Source: Eledone cirrhosa
Taxonomy: Eukaryota
Reading direction: 5' to 3'
NCBI GenBank assembly: GCA_964016885.1
Contig: OZ024746.1
Span: 59,644,001 to 59,708,000, forward strand
DNA: 64,000 nt
The stretch's first letter is position 1. Each line of letters starts with the position of its first letter. Both the position numbers and the translations under genes were made by a program. Under the pieces are notes generated by a model, which did no database searches, was not told where the DNA came from, and saw only the letters and a list, made by a program, of their open reading frames with translations. Positions 38,006 through 55,928 of the stretch are shown here, in pieces.

Positions 38006-38536
38006 CACATTCCTTTTCGTTTACAAATAAGCTTTTCGAAATTTATTTGGATTTTATTGTTGACAAGAATTCCCTCTTAAGTTGCCTTCTAACAACTGAA
38101 GCAAGTGAAAACAGAGCCTCTGGACAAACGGTCATATAATCTGCTTCACTTTACACAGTGTTGCTGAAATTCCTAGCCCACTGATTAATATATAAACATC
38201 AATGACTTAAAACTTGCTTTTGTCGTTCAAAGAGAACTACGAAATAAAGTTAACTTTTTAAAGTTAACTCAAGGTATGTATATAAATATATATATGTATG
38301 TGTCTATATAGTGAGTTAGAAAGTCAGAGTAGTTTCTTACAATTAAATAGCTCTAAGAAAAAAGCTTTTCCGAGCCGTGTAATATAATTGAATAAACAAG
38401 AGAAATGAACACTAATATAAACATACATGTGTTCGAATCGTAAGGACTAGGTTTGCTAGGGTGAAAAAATACTAAATACAGCAATATGGTATATTACACG
38501 GTTCGGAAAAGTAAGAGACTACTCTGAATTTCTAAC

Positions 38537-38601
<65 letters not shown>

Positions 38602-38756
38602 CGGGTGAACCTGCAGTAACTCCAAGTTACACCCCCCCCCCCTGGATATATATATATGTGTGTATGTAAAAGGTAAACAGAAATAACAACACAATCGGTA
38701 CAGTATATGGAAGGTATATATATATTACGTTAACGGTTGATATAGCAGAAAGAAGG

Positions 38757-38792
38757 TCTTAACGTTTCGGACGCTAGTCCTTCATCAGAAGA
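38757..38792 (-). ncRNA. Minimal Penelope-type hammerhead ribozyme, core intact
   Basis: Minus strand: tctt CTGATGA a ggac-tagc-gtcc GAAAC GTT aaga; loopless palindromic stem III (AACGTT), typical of dimer-forming minimal HHRs. Confidence 0.85.
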
Positions 38793-38892
38793 AAGAATGA
38801 GAAATAAAATAGATTGTGGGGACGGACGGGATGGAATTGGAAAAAATGTCTTTAGATAAAAATAACAGGTCCATTCATGTTGACATCTCTTG

Positions 38893-38943
<51 letters not shown>

Positions 38944-39166
38944 TATTCTAGGGCGCGTAAAATTCCCGAGATCTATGGACGAGTTCTCTCCAGTGGTCTC
39001 TGCCATGTCCTGCGTCTCCAACAGACCACTGTCTGTCCTTAGGGCATCAACATACGTTAACCTATACGTTAATATATTTATTTATTTATTTATATATTTA
39101 TATACATATATATATATATATATATTTACATACATACCTTGAGTTAACTTTTTCTTGGTGCAATAC

Positions 39167-39226
<60 letters not shown>

Positions 39227-39299
39227 GGCTAAATGTACATATGTGTGTCGATATTTTGCTATGCTTGTAAATATAGAAATAGGGAAAATGTTGTGTTAT

Positions 39300-41900
<2,601 letters not shown>

Positions 41901-42134
41901 ATACATACACACTCAACACAGAAATAGAACTAGTCAATAAAGACGATGATTCTGCAATGTTCACAAAGCTGTCGTCTGCTTTTTAAGGTGAAAAACCTTA
42001 GCTGAGCAAAATATCACTACAAACTTCATTTCTTATATTGTTTACAACTCTACGCACACGTACAAATCTCATTGATTGTTGTACATACAATCAGGCACAG
42101 ACATCTGCTCACACTTATGTATGTACATATGTGT

Positions 42135-42460
42135 GTCTGTGTGTTAACGTAGTTTCGCGGATAGAGATTTTGATTTACAAGCGTGAGGTTGTAAACTCGA
42201 TTCTCCGACCGGATGATGCGTTACGTCTTTAAGCAAGACACTTTATCTCATGTTATTCCAGCTACTTCAGATGTAGAAATGAGATGTGACATCCCTGGTG
42301 GCAAGCTGTAACGGTTTTTGGACAATATCGGTGGCATGGAGAGGAGTGACAGGTATTTACGAGAGAGTGCTGATCTTCCACAAAAAACACCTTGCCCGGG
42401 TTTGTTCCGCGGAGGATAACTTTCTTGCAAAGCCCATAGTCATTCGTGACCAAAGGGATT
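42135..42460 (+). mobile_element. Degenerate SINE S1
   Basis: AGCAAGACACTTTATCTCATGTT core; tail matches the reverse complement of 45003-45170. Confidence 0.7.
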
Positions 42461-42467
42461 CTTTATC

Positions 42468-42518
<51 letters not shown>

Positions 42519-42626
42519 GGGTTCAATCGGGGGTAACCACAGTAAGGTACTCAATACGTAGCAGTTTATAAATATTTAATATAGAAATGGCTTCTACAGA
42601 ACTAGAACTGTTTCATTCGAAGGAAA

Positions 42627-42676
42627 GCTTTCCTGATGATTTCCTCCGAATGAAACAGTTCTAGTCCTGTAGAAGC
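42627..42676 (+). ncRNA. Type I hammerhead ribozyme within a palindrome spanning 42572-42694
   Basis: gctttc CTGATGA tttc-ctcc-gaat GAAA cag-ttctagtc-ctg TA gaagc; GUA site. The left arm 42572-42626 is an inverted copy of 42640-42694. Confidence 0.75.
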
Positions 42677-42733
42677 CATTTCTATTTTAAATATATATAC
42701 ATATATATATATGTGGGGGAGTGAGTGTACATA

Positions 42734-42764
<31 letters not shown>

Positions 42765-42768
<4 letters not shown>

Positions 42769-43330
42769 ATGAGAAGAATGAATACTGCGTGGTTGTACAT
42801 GAGTTACATATGATAAAAATAGTCCTTCATCAATGATTTTCCAACCTTCATTGGTATTTCATCGCTTTAAAAATCATATACCTCCAGTTGGTGCGAGCAA
42901 TAGCTAAATAAAGCTATTGGGACAAGTAAATCGCGTAAAGCGAGCGAGACATGTAAACAAACATAGAAGGATAACAACGCAAAGATAGGAAAAAACAAGC
43001 ACATGGGAGTCCATCAGCTTAAGCTGTGTGGATTTCATGAGTGAGTGGCGCGAGTGAGGTGTGAGCAAGAAAGGACCCCACTTCAGGCCAAACGGGAGGA
43101 GGTGAGAAGGGGAGAAGCAGAGAGTGGGTGAGTGGAAGTGCGAGGAATGGGCCAGTCGAGAGAAAGTGTAACTGACAGAGAGGGCGAAAGAAGGTGAGAG
43201 AAACAGAGAGGGGGGGAAGCAGTAAGAGAGAAACAGACAAACGCAGCTGGGGAAAATATATATAAAAACATGAGAAGAATGAATACTGCGTGGTTGCACA
43301 TGGGTTACATATGATAAAAATAGTCCTTCA
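42765..43330. repeat. Direct repeats of about 66 bp (from 42765 and 43266) bracketing a purine-rich segment
   Basis: AAACATGAGAAGAATGAATACTGCGTGGTTG...AATAGTCCTTCATCA occurs twice. Confidence 0.8.
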
Positions 43331-43495
43331 TCAGTGACATACCCTGAAAGAATGCGACCATGTCGGTTGGAAGCTCCCGGATAGTTTCCATTTGTTAATA
43401 TATTGTATTTTTACTCCAATAATTTGTTGAGTGCTTTATATCAGTTATAAAATATTTGCTTGTTGTATCCCAACAAATTAAATATATATATATAT

Positions 43496-43649
<154 letters not shown>

Positions 43650-43662
43650 ATATATATATATG

Positions 43663-43724
<62 letters not shown>

Positions 43725-43832
43725 GGAAAGTGTATGACCCCGACGGCAGAGCTCAAGCCGTTTCGACGGCTATTTCTGTCCAGAAATAGCCGTTGAAACG
43801 GCTTGAGCTCTGCCGGGCGTGTCATACACTTT

Positions 43833-43835
<3 letters not shown>
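43725..43835. repeat. Palindrome of two HHR 3' halves (family D)
   Basis: Axis at 43779-43780; the arm reads AGCCGTC GAAA CGGC-ttgagctct-GCCG TC GGGGTC. Confidence 0.85.
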
Positions 43836-43926
<91 letters not shown>

Positions 43927-43999
43927 CATATATATATATACACACACATATATATATATATATATATACACATACATACATACATATATATATATATAT

Positions 44000-44081
<82 letters not shown>

Positions 44082-44084
<3 letters not shown>

Positions 44085-44192
44085 AAAGTGTATGACACCG
44101 ACGGCAGAGCTCAAGCCGTTTCAACGGCTATTTCTGGACAGAAATAGCCGTCGAAACGGCTTGAGCTCTGCCGTCGGGGTCATACACTTTCC

Positions 44193-44193
<1 letters not shown>
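44082..44193. repeat. Second family D palindrome (inverted copy of 43725-43835)
   Basis: Axis GA versus TC, with a shared CAACGG/CCGTTG variant. Confidence 0.85.
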
Positions 44194-44250
<57 letters not shown>

Positions 44251-44263
44251 CATATATATATAT

Positions 44264-44334
<71 letters not shown>

Positions 44335-44340
44335 CACATG

Positions 44341-44397
<57 letters not shown>

Positions 44398-45002
44398 AGT
44401 ATTGAGTACTCTGGTGCGTTATGGTCCATCTGGTTCCTTACCACAACTCTTTGTTATATATATATGGGGGCAGCTTTTCTTTTACTCGTGTTGTGAAAGA
44501 CACGTTCATTTTAGGGCTTCAGTTTCGCCTCGTGAGGCGTTTCATTCCCATTTTGAGTGTATTGCTGTGTTTGCAGTATAGAATAAAGTACGCTGTAACC
44601 CTAGCTGTCGTAAGAAGTGACTAAAAGGAATTTTTCCCCATTACACTTTTAAAATGTTAATTTTTTATAACAGATCGTTAACGCAGATTGCTATTTATTG
44701 TGTGAATTAATTTGATCAAATTTATAGTTGGATATATTGGTATTTCATTTGATATATATGTAATGTACACTATAGTTGGGTATATTGGTATTTTGTTTCA
44801 TATATACAGAATATATATTATTTTTTCCGGTTTGAATTGACAAATATTCCTCCACAGTTCCTCCTCTGGGATTAGAAACCAGGTTCCTCTAGTTTGGGAA
44901 ACACTGGTTTATCAGTCTCATACCCGCTTTTCGTTTGGTCTGCTTTTACAAAAATATTAGTTGAGCATATTGGTATTTCATTTGATATAAACAGAAAGAG
45001 GC

Positions 45003-45332
45003 CCCACTCAGTCACCAATGACCGTGGTTTTGCACCTAGAAAGTTTCCCTCCGAGGTACAAGCCTGGGCAAAGGTTGTTCGAGGAACACCAATAGTCACC
45101 CAGGCATACCAGCCTCCCCTCTCCACGCCACCGATGTTGTCCAATGGAAAGACAATGACCGATACAGCTTGGTACCAGTGACGTCGCAACTCATTTCTAC
45201 AGCTGAGTAAACTAGAGCAACGTGAAATAAAGTGTCTTGCTCAAGGACACAACGCATCACCCGGTCCGAGAATCGAATTCACAACCTCTCAATTGCTAGC
45301 CCAATGTTCTAACCACTAAGCTATGCACTTTA
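45003..45332 (-). mobile_element. SINE S1 with alternative tail
   Basis: Head and core as at 5633-5892; different 3' region. Confidence 0.8.
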
Positions 45333-45529
45333 CAGATATAAACAGAATGTACACAATTCCTCCCTTGGATAAAAATCCTTCCCCCAGAGTCACTGGGCTA
45401 TCAAACATGTACCACAAGTATTTAGGAGAATTCTAAAAGGCATTGAGTTCGATATTTCAGCTTTCACTAAAGAGAAACAATGTCAGACCAGATCTGTATT
45501 GGGAATTAACAAAGACTATAATACTATAA

Positions 45530-46380
45530 GAATTGTTTCTACTTTTGGCACAAGGCCAGCAATTACCCAGTGCATTACTGGTGCTTTATTTTATCGACCC
45601 CGTAAGGATGAAAGGCAAAGTTAACCTTGGCGGGATTTGAACTCAGACCATAAAGGGCCGTAACTCTTTGCTGCAAATCATGGCGTCCGACTACTATAAT
45701 AATGGTTTGTGATTTAAGCACAAGGCTAACAATTTGGAGAGAGGGGAGTGAAAGACGATTAAATCGACCCGAGTGCATTACTAGTACTTTATTTTATCGA
45801 CCCCGTAATGATGAAATGTAAAGTTAACCGCCGCGAGATTTGAACTCAGAATGTAAAGGAAGGGAGGGGGAGTTCACCTTACATTATTGCCTTTCATCCT
45901 TACGGGGTCGATAAAATAAAGTACCAGAAATGCACTGGGTAATTGCCGGCCTTGTGCCAAAAGTAGAAACAATTATTCACCTTACATCTTATGATGGAAT
46001 CTAAAATGTTCGATTCTACGTCTTCGTCTTCTTCTACTCAAGTTTTATTTTCCACCTGCGTTTACATATATTGACATATTTCATTACCACGTCTACTGGA
46101 GGGCAGATACCTCCCAGGTGTGCTTTCAGGGTAATAGCAATTGTATACAGGCAAGTCCAACACGTGTTATTACACAATTCTATGCAGTTTCTGGCGATAT
46201 CATTAGTAAGCATGGAGTTACGGCCCTTTATTGTCTGAGTTCAAATCCCGCCGAGGTTAACTTTGCCTTTCATCCTTACCGGGTTGATAAAATAAAGCAC
46301 CAATCACGCACTGAGGTCGATTTTATCGACTTTCCCCTCCCAAAAAATTGCTCGCATTGTGCCTATAGTAGAAACCATTA
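45530..46380. mobile_element. Cluster of four S2 SINE copies (two minus, two plus)
   Basis: S2 core at about 45575, 45780, 45890 and 46240. Confidence 0.8.
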
Positions 46381-46890
46381 ATAACCATTAACATGAGAGT
46401 GATGTCGTTTTGGGGTTGATTTTGTTTGCATTTGTTTCTTTATTCTTACGCTCGCTAACGTGATCTGTTATTTAAGACTTTGAAGAACAAAGTAGCTGGA
46501 ACTGGTCCTGGTTCTACGATTAAAAATTACTGTTTGTTTTAAAGTGTTTTAACGTGTATTTATATTTTAAAAAACTTCCATCGTAAATTTATGTTAGAAG
46601 CTTTGTTAAGCTGATCTCTAAACAGCCATTTAATGGTGAGAAAGTTAGTTATAGTAATAAATCCCTTAAAATGCTTGATTATTTAAAAAAGAATCATTGA
46701 AAATAAGAAGTCATGTCTTTTAATAGAAATATGGTTAGGCAAGGGTTAATGTTTAGAGAAATAGTAATAATTCATTTTTAAACCAAGTTGACATTTTTTT
46801 AAAGCTGTAAATATCCCAGCAATCATACATGTCATCATATCAGTTTGAGTACTTCTTCCATCACTTTCCACCTCCCTCTTCCCCCCCCCC

Positions 46891-46938
<48 letters not shown>

Positions 46939-47072
46939 ACGATTAATTCTTTCCTTCTCACTCAATCAATAACGACCACAAAAAGAGAGACTTTCTGTCA
47001 TTCGCCATCTTGATTCATGTAACTACCGTGTTATGACAACAAAGTGTATAGACACATATACATACGTATATA

Positions 47073-47109
<37 letters not shown>

Positions 47110-47117
47110 TTCCTTCG

Positions 47118-47183
<66 letters not shown>

Positions 47184-47383
47184 TTCCTTCGTTATATATA
47201 TATATATATATGAATAAAAATCGACCATATATATAAAATGTAATTGATCAAAAGAACATCTAATTTATTAATATTTATATTTTAATATTAATAACTCCGG
47301 AAAATTATTTTCCGTAGAGTGCTTCCAATCTTTGACATACTCATTGAATATTGTTTAACACTTTAATATATATATATATATAT

Positions 47384-47841
<458 letters not shown>

Positions 47842-48057
47842 TTTATATACATATAATGATATATTTATATTTTGATATATATATATATATTGATATATAT
47901 TTATGTATATATATATATATATATGAAAAGTGTAATTTTCTACACAAAACGAAGGTTATAGAGAAAATTGAGGTTGGTAATGGCACATGGAATATATAAG
48001 AGACAGAATACTTTTTTGTGAAAAACCATAATTTTATAAGGTAAGGAAATAATAAAG

Positions 48058-48121
<64 letters not shown>

Positions 48122-48124
<3 letters not shown>

Positions 48125-48305
48125 CGAAGGAAGTGTGGTAAGGAACCAGATGGACCATAACGCACCAGAGTACTCAATACTTAGGGTAGTAGAGTGGGTA
48201 ATAGGAAAATGTTTAACCCCGACGGCAGAGCTCAAGCCGTTTCGACGGTAGAAATAGCCGTTGAAACGGCTTGAGCTCTGCCGTCGGGGTTACACATTTT
48301 CCTAT
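48122..48305. mobile_element. Family D element with fold-back at stem II
   Basis: Full tail (AACGAAGG...) on the left, a short inverted arm on the right, axis near 48250. Confidence 0.8.
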
Positions 48306-48538
48306 ATCTATATATATATTCAGAGACACGTGCATACCAACACCCACAAATGTGAAGTTATATTTAAGCTTGTATATTCACACATGAATGCATTCAATTA
48401 TCTTGTTTACATCCGTGTATATTTCACTATTTACCTTCTGGTATACACACATACACACATCTATATATATATAAGTGCGTGTGTACTTATACAAATATAT
48501 ATATATATATATACATATATACACACACATATATATAT

Positions 48539-48622
<84 letters not shown>

Positions 48623-48662
48623 ATATACATATATATATATGTATGCATATATATATATACCG

Positions 48663-48693
<31 letters not shown>

Positions 48694-48694
48694 G

Positions 48695-48739
<45 letters not shown>

Positions 48740-48792
48740 GTATATATATATATATGTATATATATACATATATATGTATATATATATATATG

Positions 48793-48823
<31 letters not shown>

Positions 48824-48955
48824 GTATATATATACATATATATATATGTATATATATATGTATACATATATATGTATATATATATATATGTATATATATA
48901 CATATATATGTATATATATATGTATATATATACATATATATGTATATATATATAC

Positions 48956-48997
<42 letters not shown>

Positions 48998-49002
<5 letters not shown>

Positions 49003-49130
49003 TTAGCCGTCGAAACGGCTTGAGCTCAGCTGTCGGGGTCTTACTGGTTCCTATTACCCACTCTACTACCTCAAGTATTGAGTACTTTGGTGCGTTATGG
49101 TCCACCTGGTTCCTTACCACATTTCCTTCG

Positions 49131-49133
<3 letters not shown>
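48998..49133 (+). mobile_element. Family D half element starting in the stem II loop, between (TA)n tracts
   Basis: GAATTAGCCGTC GAAA CGGCT-tgagctc-AGCTG TC GGGGTC...CCTTCGTTATA. Confidence 0.8.
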
Positions 49134-49184
<51 letters not shown>

Positions 49185-49246
49185 GGTATATTGCCAAATA
49201 TACTATACATGCATTCATATATATATGATATATAATATAATATAAC

Positions 49247-49396
<150 letters not shown>

Positions 49397-49443
49397 CTGG
49401 ACTTCACCTAAGTGGACTGCATTTAACTATTATTTGTTAATCC

Positions 49444-49582
<139 letters not shown>

Positions 49583-49814
49583 ATATTATATATATATGTT
49601 ATATTATATATATGTTATATTATATATCATATATATATATATATATATATATGAATGCATATATATATATGCAATTATAGAAAGGGGCAGAGAGGAAGAG
49701 GGAGTGTAAAAGACACAAAGGGAAAGCTGTAAGGTATATTTGAGAGCATGTGTTTATAGTAAACATATTTGCTGCCTCGCTGTGAAAAGCAGTTATTGTG
49801 GTTAAAGTACAGAT

Positions 49815-49870
<56 letters not shown>

Positions 49871-49939
49871 TCTTTCTGTTTCTCTATCTCTGTATCTATC
49901 TATCTATCCATCTCTACCTTTCTAACTATATCACTCTTC

Positions 49940-49980
<41 letters not shown>

Positions 49981-49993
49981 ATGTGTGTGTGTG

Positions 49994-50058
<65 letters not shown>

Positions 50059-50069
50059 ATCTATCTATC

Positions 50070-51062
50070 TCACTTGCGTCTCGCTCACCGAGCTGCCGTC
50101 CTGGGTCAAGCAAAGACCGAGAAAACTGGGCGCCTGGCACACCGAGTTTGCCCAGGCGCTCACGGCTCTCTGACAGGCGGACTCGACTATCGGTGGAGAC
50201 TCCCCCTCGTCATTCTATAGAGGGCTGCTGGTTAGTAGGTGCGACGACGCCCTCGGAGAAGCCCTAGGCATGGAGGAAGACGAAGTGGCAGCCTATTCGG
50301 GAGGACATTTGGCCCGGGACCTATGGACAACTTCCAGAAGTCCTTGGCCTGGCAATGCTACCGAGGGGCGCTGCCAGTTCGAGAAAAGCTCTACAGACAC
50401 GGGCGCCCGGGTAGGGACCCCTCGAAAAAAATCTGTCCCAGATGCGTGCGAGACGAGGAAACCATTGCGCACGCATTGGTACACTGCTCGGGCGTTGCCG
50501 ATCTGTGGAGCTATGTCGAACGACTGCTGTCACTGGTGGGACCAATCCGGTTGACCACTGAGTCCATTGTAACGATCAAGCCGCCTCCGCCCTTCAAAAA
50601 TGAAGGAGAGGCGGTCTTCCTTTGTGTAATAGCCATGGTGAAAGAGGTGGTATGGTGGACACATTTTAAAGGGTTGAGGTCGGACACCTTTCTCTCCGGC
50701 CAACAACTGGTCCTTTTCTTTAAATACCATTTTAAGAGAAGGATCAGAATGGAGAGCGAGGTGCTCTACCCCAGCAAGTTTTATGAAAGGTGGGTGAAAG
50801 TAGCGAGAATGGCCCGTGTGAATGGGCTTTCTCTCTTTATCAGCCTGTAGGTGGAAAGGTGGAAGTGCAAAGGAGCACCCTAAGGAAAAGGGTTGCACAC
50901 TTTTTCGGGGGTGTGTGTAACCCCCAAAACGCCTCCTCCCTATTGAGGACTGTATTGTTAATTTTATATTTGTTATTTGTTTTTTACTCGTTCCTTTATG
51001 TAAACTCCCCCCTTGTATTTGTCGCCTTCTTTTGTGCCCTCGTGGCAAATAAATAGAAACTT
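50070..51062 (+). mobile_element. 5'-truncated Tx1-like copy (ORF2 C-terminus and 3' UTR)
   Basis: ORF 50239-50850 is closely similar to the ORF2 C-terminus (FGRTFGPGPMDNFQ...CPRCVRDEET); TATC repeats flank both ends. Confidence 0.92.
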
Positions 51063-51217
51063 ATCTATCTCTCTTTCTCTCTTTCTCTCTTTCTCTCTTT
51101 CTCTATCTCTCTCGTCTCTCTCTCTATCTATCTATCTCTCTCTCCATCTATCTATCTCTATCTCTCTCTCTCTCTCTGTCTTTGTGTGAGGGTGTCTGTG
51201 TGTGTGTGTCTGTCTGT

Positions 51218-51263
<46 letters not shown>

Positions 51264-51417
51264 TTGTGTGTGTGTCTGTCTTTGTGTGTGTGTGTGTCTG
51301 TTTGTGTGTGTGTGTTTGTGTTTGTGTTTGTCTGTGTCTGTGTCTGTGTCTGTGTGGCGGGGGCGGGCGGGTGTCTCGATGAAATGAAGAAATTGATCTG
51401 ATTAGTTTTAACGCTTA

Positions 51418-52722
51418 CTAGCAGAGGTACCCGGCGTTGCTCGGGTATTAAATAGCAGTTATGTATACCATTTATGTCAATACTTCAGTGCTGCTTCGAA
51501 AACTATACTTTTATAAACTCATCGACTTTTTACAAAAGAGGGTTCCTGCCCTCAGGGGTCCCCTACTCAATATGTGCCAATTCTGAGAGTTCACATTCAT
51601 CTGTAGAACAAACGTATCCCATGTGTCAAGTTTTGTGAAAATCGGTTGCGAACTCCAGAAGTTATGACGTTTTTTTTGCATTGCACTGCAGTGCTTCAGT
51701 CGACTCCAAGGAAGTGGTTAAAGGGCGTTATCCGCCGGGAGGCCCTATAATCAATATCTGGAAAAATGAAAGTGTCCATGACCATCCGGAGTACATGAGT
51801 AACCTATGTCTTAAGTTTGGTGAAAATACTGTAGAAATGCATAAGGTTTACACACACGCGCGCACGCGCAGGTGTGTGTGTGTGTATGTATTTGTGTGTG
51901 CGTATGTATAAGTATGTGTATGTTCGTCGGTGCATACGTATGTACTGGCCTAAATCTTCACTATTTATTTTTACTATGTTAAGGCAAAGTTAAAATCCCG
52001 TCGAGGTTAACTTTGCCTTTCATCCTTACGGGGTCGATAAAATAAAGTACCAGTAATGTACTGTTTAATTGCTGGCTTTGTGCCAAAAGTAGAAACAACT
52101 ATTTTAATAACCTGTCATTTTCGTTTACAATTTTATTTACATCATTCTTAAACTCCGGGGCTGGAAATCATTCGGTTATTTTAAATAGAATATTAGGCTA
52201 ACGACTCCATTTACACCATAAACTTGGTCTTCTCTTTGCATGAAATTGTTCTTCTCGGTCCACCGCGTCGTTTATACGTAACATAAATAGATAAGCAAAT
52301 GACGCCATAAAAGGGAAATAACTCGTCTCTCATCTCTATTTATACATTTGAACTGAAAAATCAATACATTACAAATTCGATTTTTACACTTGGCGTGGGT
52401 CGATTTGAAAATTTATTTGACCGATGGTTCCGCCGGACCTTCATCTATAAGTGTAGCAATTTCACCGAAATTTGAACGTACGGTTTAAGAGGAGATGTGT
52501 GCCGAAGGTTTTAGTAGACAGACAGACAACCTCAGTTTTATATATATAGATGACATAATCAAAAACAAGAACTTATTTGAAAATTTATTTGACCGATGGT
52601 TCCGCCGGACCTTCATCTATAAGTGTATCAATTTCACCGAAATTTGAACGTACGGTTTAAGAGGAGATGTGTGCCGAAGGTTTTAGTAGACAGACAGACA
52701 ACCTCAGTTTTATATATAGAGA
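51418..52722 (-). mobile_element. Non-autonomous Helitron (possibly composite; contains an S2 SINE and a duplicated 5' end)
   Basis: 3' hairpin CCCGAGCAACGCCGGG then CTAG|T at 51418; 5' TC(TA)nAAAACTGAGGTTGTCTGTCTG at about 52550 and 52722. Confidence 0.75.
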
Positions 52723-53671
52723 CTAGCAGTAAAGCCCGGCGTTGCTCGGGGTCGCTCAGTAGCTGTGTTAAAGTTACAATGTTAAGTTTCTTTTTTGGCT
52801 TAAAAACTGTAGTGTCTACTGTGCAGACTTGCATGTGGTGTTTTTGATTAATATTCCCTCAACCAACAATATGCCTTATGAAGTTAAGAAAACATAACGA
52901 TAACCCGAATGTTATAACAAAAGAGGATGCTGGGGATAGAAACTGCACTGGTTATTTATTAACAAAGATCGAAAATGTAAACACTGCAACGCAGAGAAAA
53001 ACATTAGCGTAACCAAATTATCAGTTATGTCTGTCTGCACGCCTATATCACCTCTCTGCACGACTGTCTGTCTGCACGCCTATATCACCTCTCTGCACGA
53101 CTGTCTGTCTGCACGCCTATATCACCTCTCTGCACGACTGTCTGTCTGCACGCCTATATCACCTCTCTGCACGACTGTATGTCTGCACGCGTATATCACC
53201 TCTCTGCACGACTGTCTGTCTGCACGACTGTCTGTCTGCACGCCTAACGACGAAATATTTGCTTGTTTTACGTAGTCTTTAAATAGACTTGTTTTCAAGT
53301 AAAAATAGTTTTAAAATGCTTTTAAATGGAAATGAAGCAAAACGGAAGCTTAGTGTTCGAACTGATGAATTTTGCAGGTCAATATTTTGCTGGCTCGACA
53401 ACTGTTAAAGCCAGCGTAATTGTTTACGTAAGACGCTCAATGTAAACAGAACAAAGGGAAATAACTGATAACTTACGCTCAAAAATCGATACATTATATT
53501 CGATTTCGTCACATAGGGTGGGTCAATTTGAAATATTTTTTTTTCGATGTCTTCGCTAGGGCTCAATGTACAAGTATAGCAATTTCGGTGCAATTCCGTC
53601 AGAGATTCTAAGAGGAGATGTGTGCCAAAAATCGATAGACAGACAGACAACCACAGTTTTATATATATAGA
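52723..53671 (-). mobile_element. Non-autonomous Helitron, head-to-tail with its neighbour
   Basis: A|TCTATATATATAAAACTGTGGTTGTCTGTCTG at the 5' end; hairpin and CTAG at the 3' end. Confidence 0.85.
53028..53245. repeat. 37-bp minisatellite, about 5.5 copies, inside the Helitron
   Basis: TGTCTGTCTGCACGCCTATATCACCTCTCTGCACGAC repeated. Confidence 0.92.
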
Positions 53672-53964
53672 TTAACGTCTCATCATCCAGTCGTTAATAG
53701 TAGCTTGCATAATGGAATGGATCTTCGTCGGTTGCAACGGTGAGTATCACAGTTGTTCTATCATTGGGACAACCTGCTCATGAAATTAACGGTAAGTATC
53801 CTTAGCATGCCACAGACATCTACCCGTAACATAATTCTCACTGAGATTAAACGGACGGACATAGTGTATAACAATGATCACCGTGTGAATTATAGGTACA
53901 GCCCGTCAGACGAGCTTCCTAACAGTTTTTTTCACAAGGAATGGATTGACACCACTGACTGACT

Positions 53965-54256
53965 AACTGGTGCTCCGTCGGTTACGACGATGAGTGTTCC
54001 AGTTGATACGTTCAACGGAACAGCCTGCTCGTCAAATTAACGTTCAAGTGGCTGAGCATTCCACAGACACGCGTTCTCTCTCTTATCGTAATTCTCAGGG
54101 AGATTCAGCTTGACATAAAATGTGACAAGGCTAGCTCATTTTTGCCAGCTGAGTGAAATAAAGTGTCTTGCTCAAGGACACAACTCGCCGCCGGAAATCG
54201 AACCCACGACCTTACGATTGTAAGCTGAATACCCTAACCACAAACCCACGCACCTT
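53965..54256 (-). mobile_element. SINE S1 with a third tail type (decayed partial copy at about 53720-53890)
   Basis: AAATAAAGTGTCTTGCTCAAGGACACAAC core and a tRNA-like head. Confidence 0.75.
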
Positions 54257-54677
54257 CTGGCCCAAGATGTCGCCCAATGGAATCGAACTAGGGGTGTAAT
54301 TTTTGCGTAGCGAACTCAACCCTTTTACTATGCTACGCCCACCATTACCATCACTACCACCTCCAGCATCACCATCATACCTTCACCAATACATCTACCA
54401 TTACCTGCACAATCAAAACTAGCGTAGCTATGCAGAATCAAATGCACTACGATGCATTAAGAATTAGACGGTTATGCAAATGTTTAAGATGGCTGCGTTG
54501 GTCGTTGGTTGTTTGTATGTGTATAAAAGTTGTAGCAACGTTGATTGCATATGAATTAGATTGTAAAGATGAAGAATATGGAAGACGAAGAGAAAGAATA
54601 CTACCATATATGTATAGTACTATAGTCTCCCTCTCTCCCTCTCTCTCCATATACATACATCTCTCTCTCTATATATA

Positions 54678-54841
54678 TAACGAAGGAAAAGTGGTAAGGA
54701 ACCAGGTGGACCATAACGCACCAAAGTACTCAATACTTGAGGTAGTAGAGTGGGTAATAGGATTATCTCTCTATATATATATATTATCTCTCTATATATA
54801 TATATTATCTATATATATATATTATCTATATATATATATTA

Positions 54842-54929
<88 letters not shown>

Positions 54930-55113
54930 AACCAGTAAGACCCCGACAGCTGAGCTCAAGCCGTTTCGACGGCTAATTCTGAATTAGCCGTCGAAACGGC
55001 TTGAGCTCAGCTGTCGGGGTCTTACTGGTTCCTATTACCCACTCTACTACCTCAAGTATTGAGTACTTTGGTGCGTTATGGTCCACCTGGTTCCTTACCA
55101 CATTTCCTTCGTT
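54678..55113. mobile_element. Family D fold-back element, left arm split by a microsatellite
   Basis: Axis GACGGCTAATTC-T-GAATTAGCCGTC at about 54980; both arms end in (TA)n. Confidence 0.85.
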
Positions 55114-55116
55114 ATA

Positions 55117-55159
<43 letters not shown>

Positions 55160-55247
55160 TCATATATGAAAACATATATGCACATATATACACATATATG
55201 AGAAACAATACTACCATATATGTATAGTACTATAGTCTCTCTCTCCC

Positions 55248-55279
<32 letters not shown>

Positions 55280-55313
55280 TATACGTATATATATACATAT
55301 ATATACATATATA

Positions 55314-55429
<116 letters not shown>

Positions 55430-55571
55430 TTTATATATATATATAAATGTGTATATATATATATTTATATATATATGTATATATATACACACATTTCTAT
55501 ATATATGTATATATTCCAATACTGGAATTGAAATATCAAGACCGTAGAGGTATGTCATATATCAAATCATA

Positions 55572-55636
55572 TATTTTATCTGACGAGGACGTACTGGCAA
55601 AAAACAACACAGCACCTTCAAAATATATATAATAAA
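55572..55636 (+). ncRNA. Degenerate family A hammerhead (GAAA mutated to CAAA)
   Basis: tattttat CTGACGA ggacgtactg...cagcacctt CAAA tatata TA ataaag; flanks are homologous to 21640-21800. Confidence 0.65.
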
Positions 55637-55848
55637 GCATATATTTTGATGATGTGAATATATTCATTTGTTAATATTTTGAATACTATATGTATATATG
55701 TACGTCAATGCTCATCTGTTTCCATTTCTCCGAGGGTTCTTAACCCCACTATCAGGCTAAATAATTTCTTTAATTTCTTTAGTCAAAATACGGCGACAGC
55801 TTACATTTATAATAATTTCAAACCCAATCGCTGTTTCGAAAATATTCT

Positions 55849-55886
<38 letters not shown>

Positions 55887-55928
55887 ATGATATTAAATAA
55901 ATGGAAACTATATTTATAAAACCATATT

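Noticed and set aside
43340-43385. CTGAAAGA...GGAAGCTC as a possible hammerhead
   Set aside because: GAAA is absent and stem I does not pair.
53028-53245. 37-bp repeats resembling a CRISPR array
   Set aside because: Contiguous tandem units with no unique spacers, no cas genes, and a eukaryotic context.
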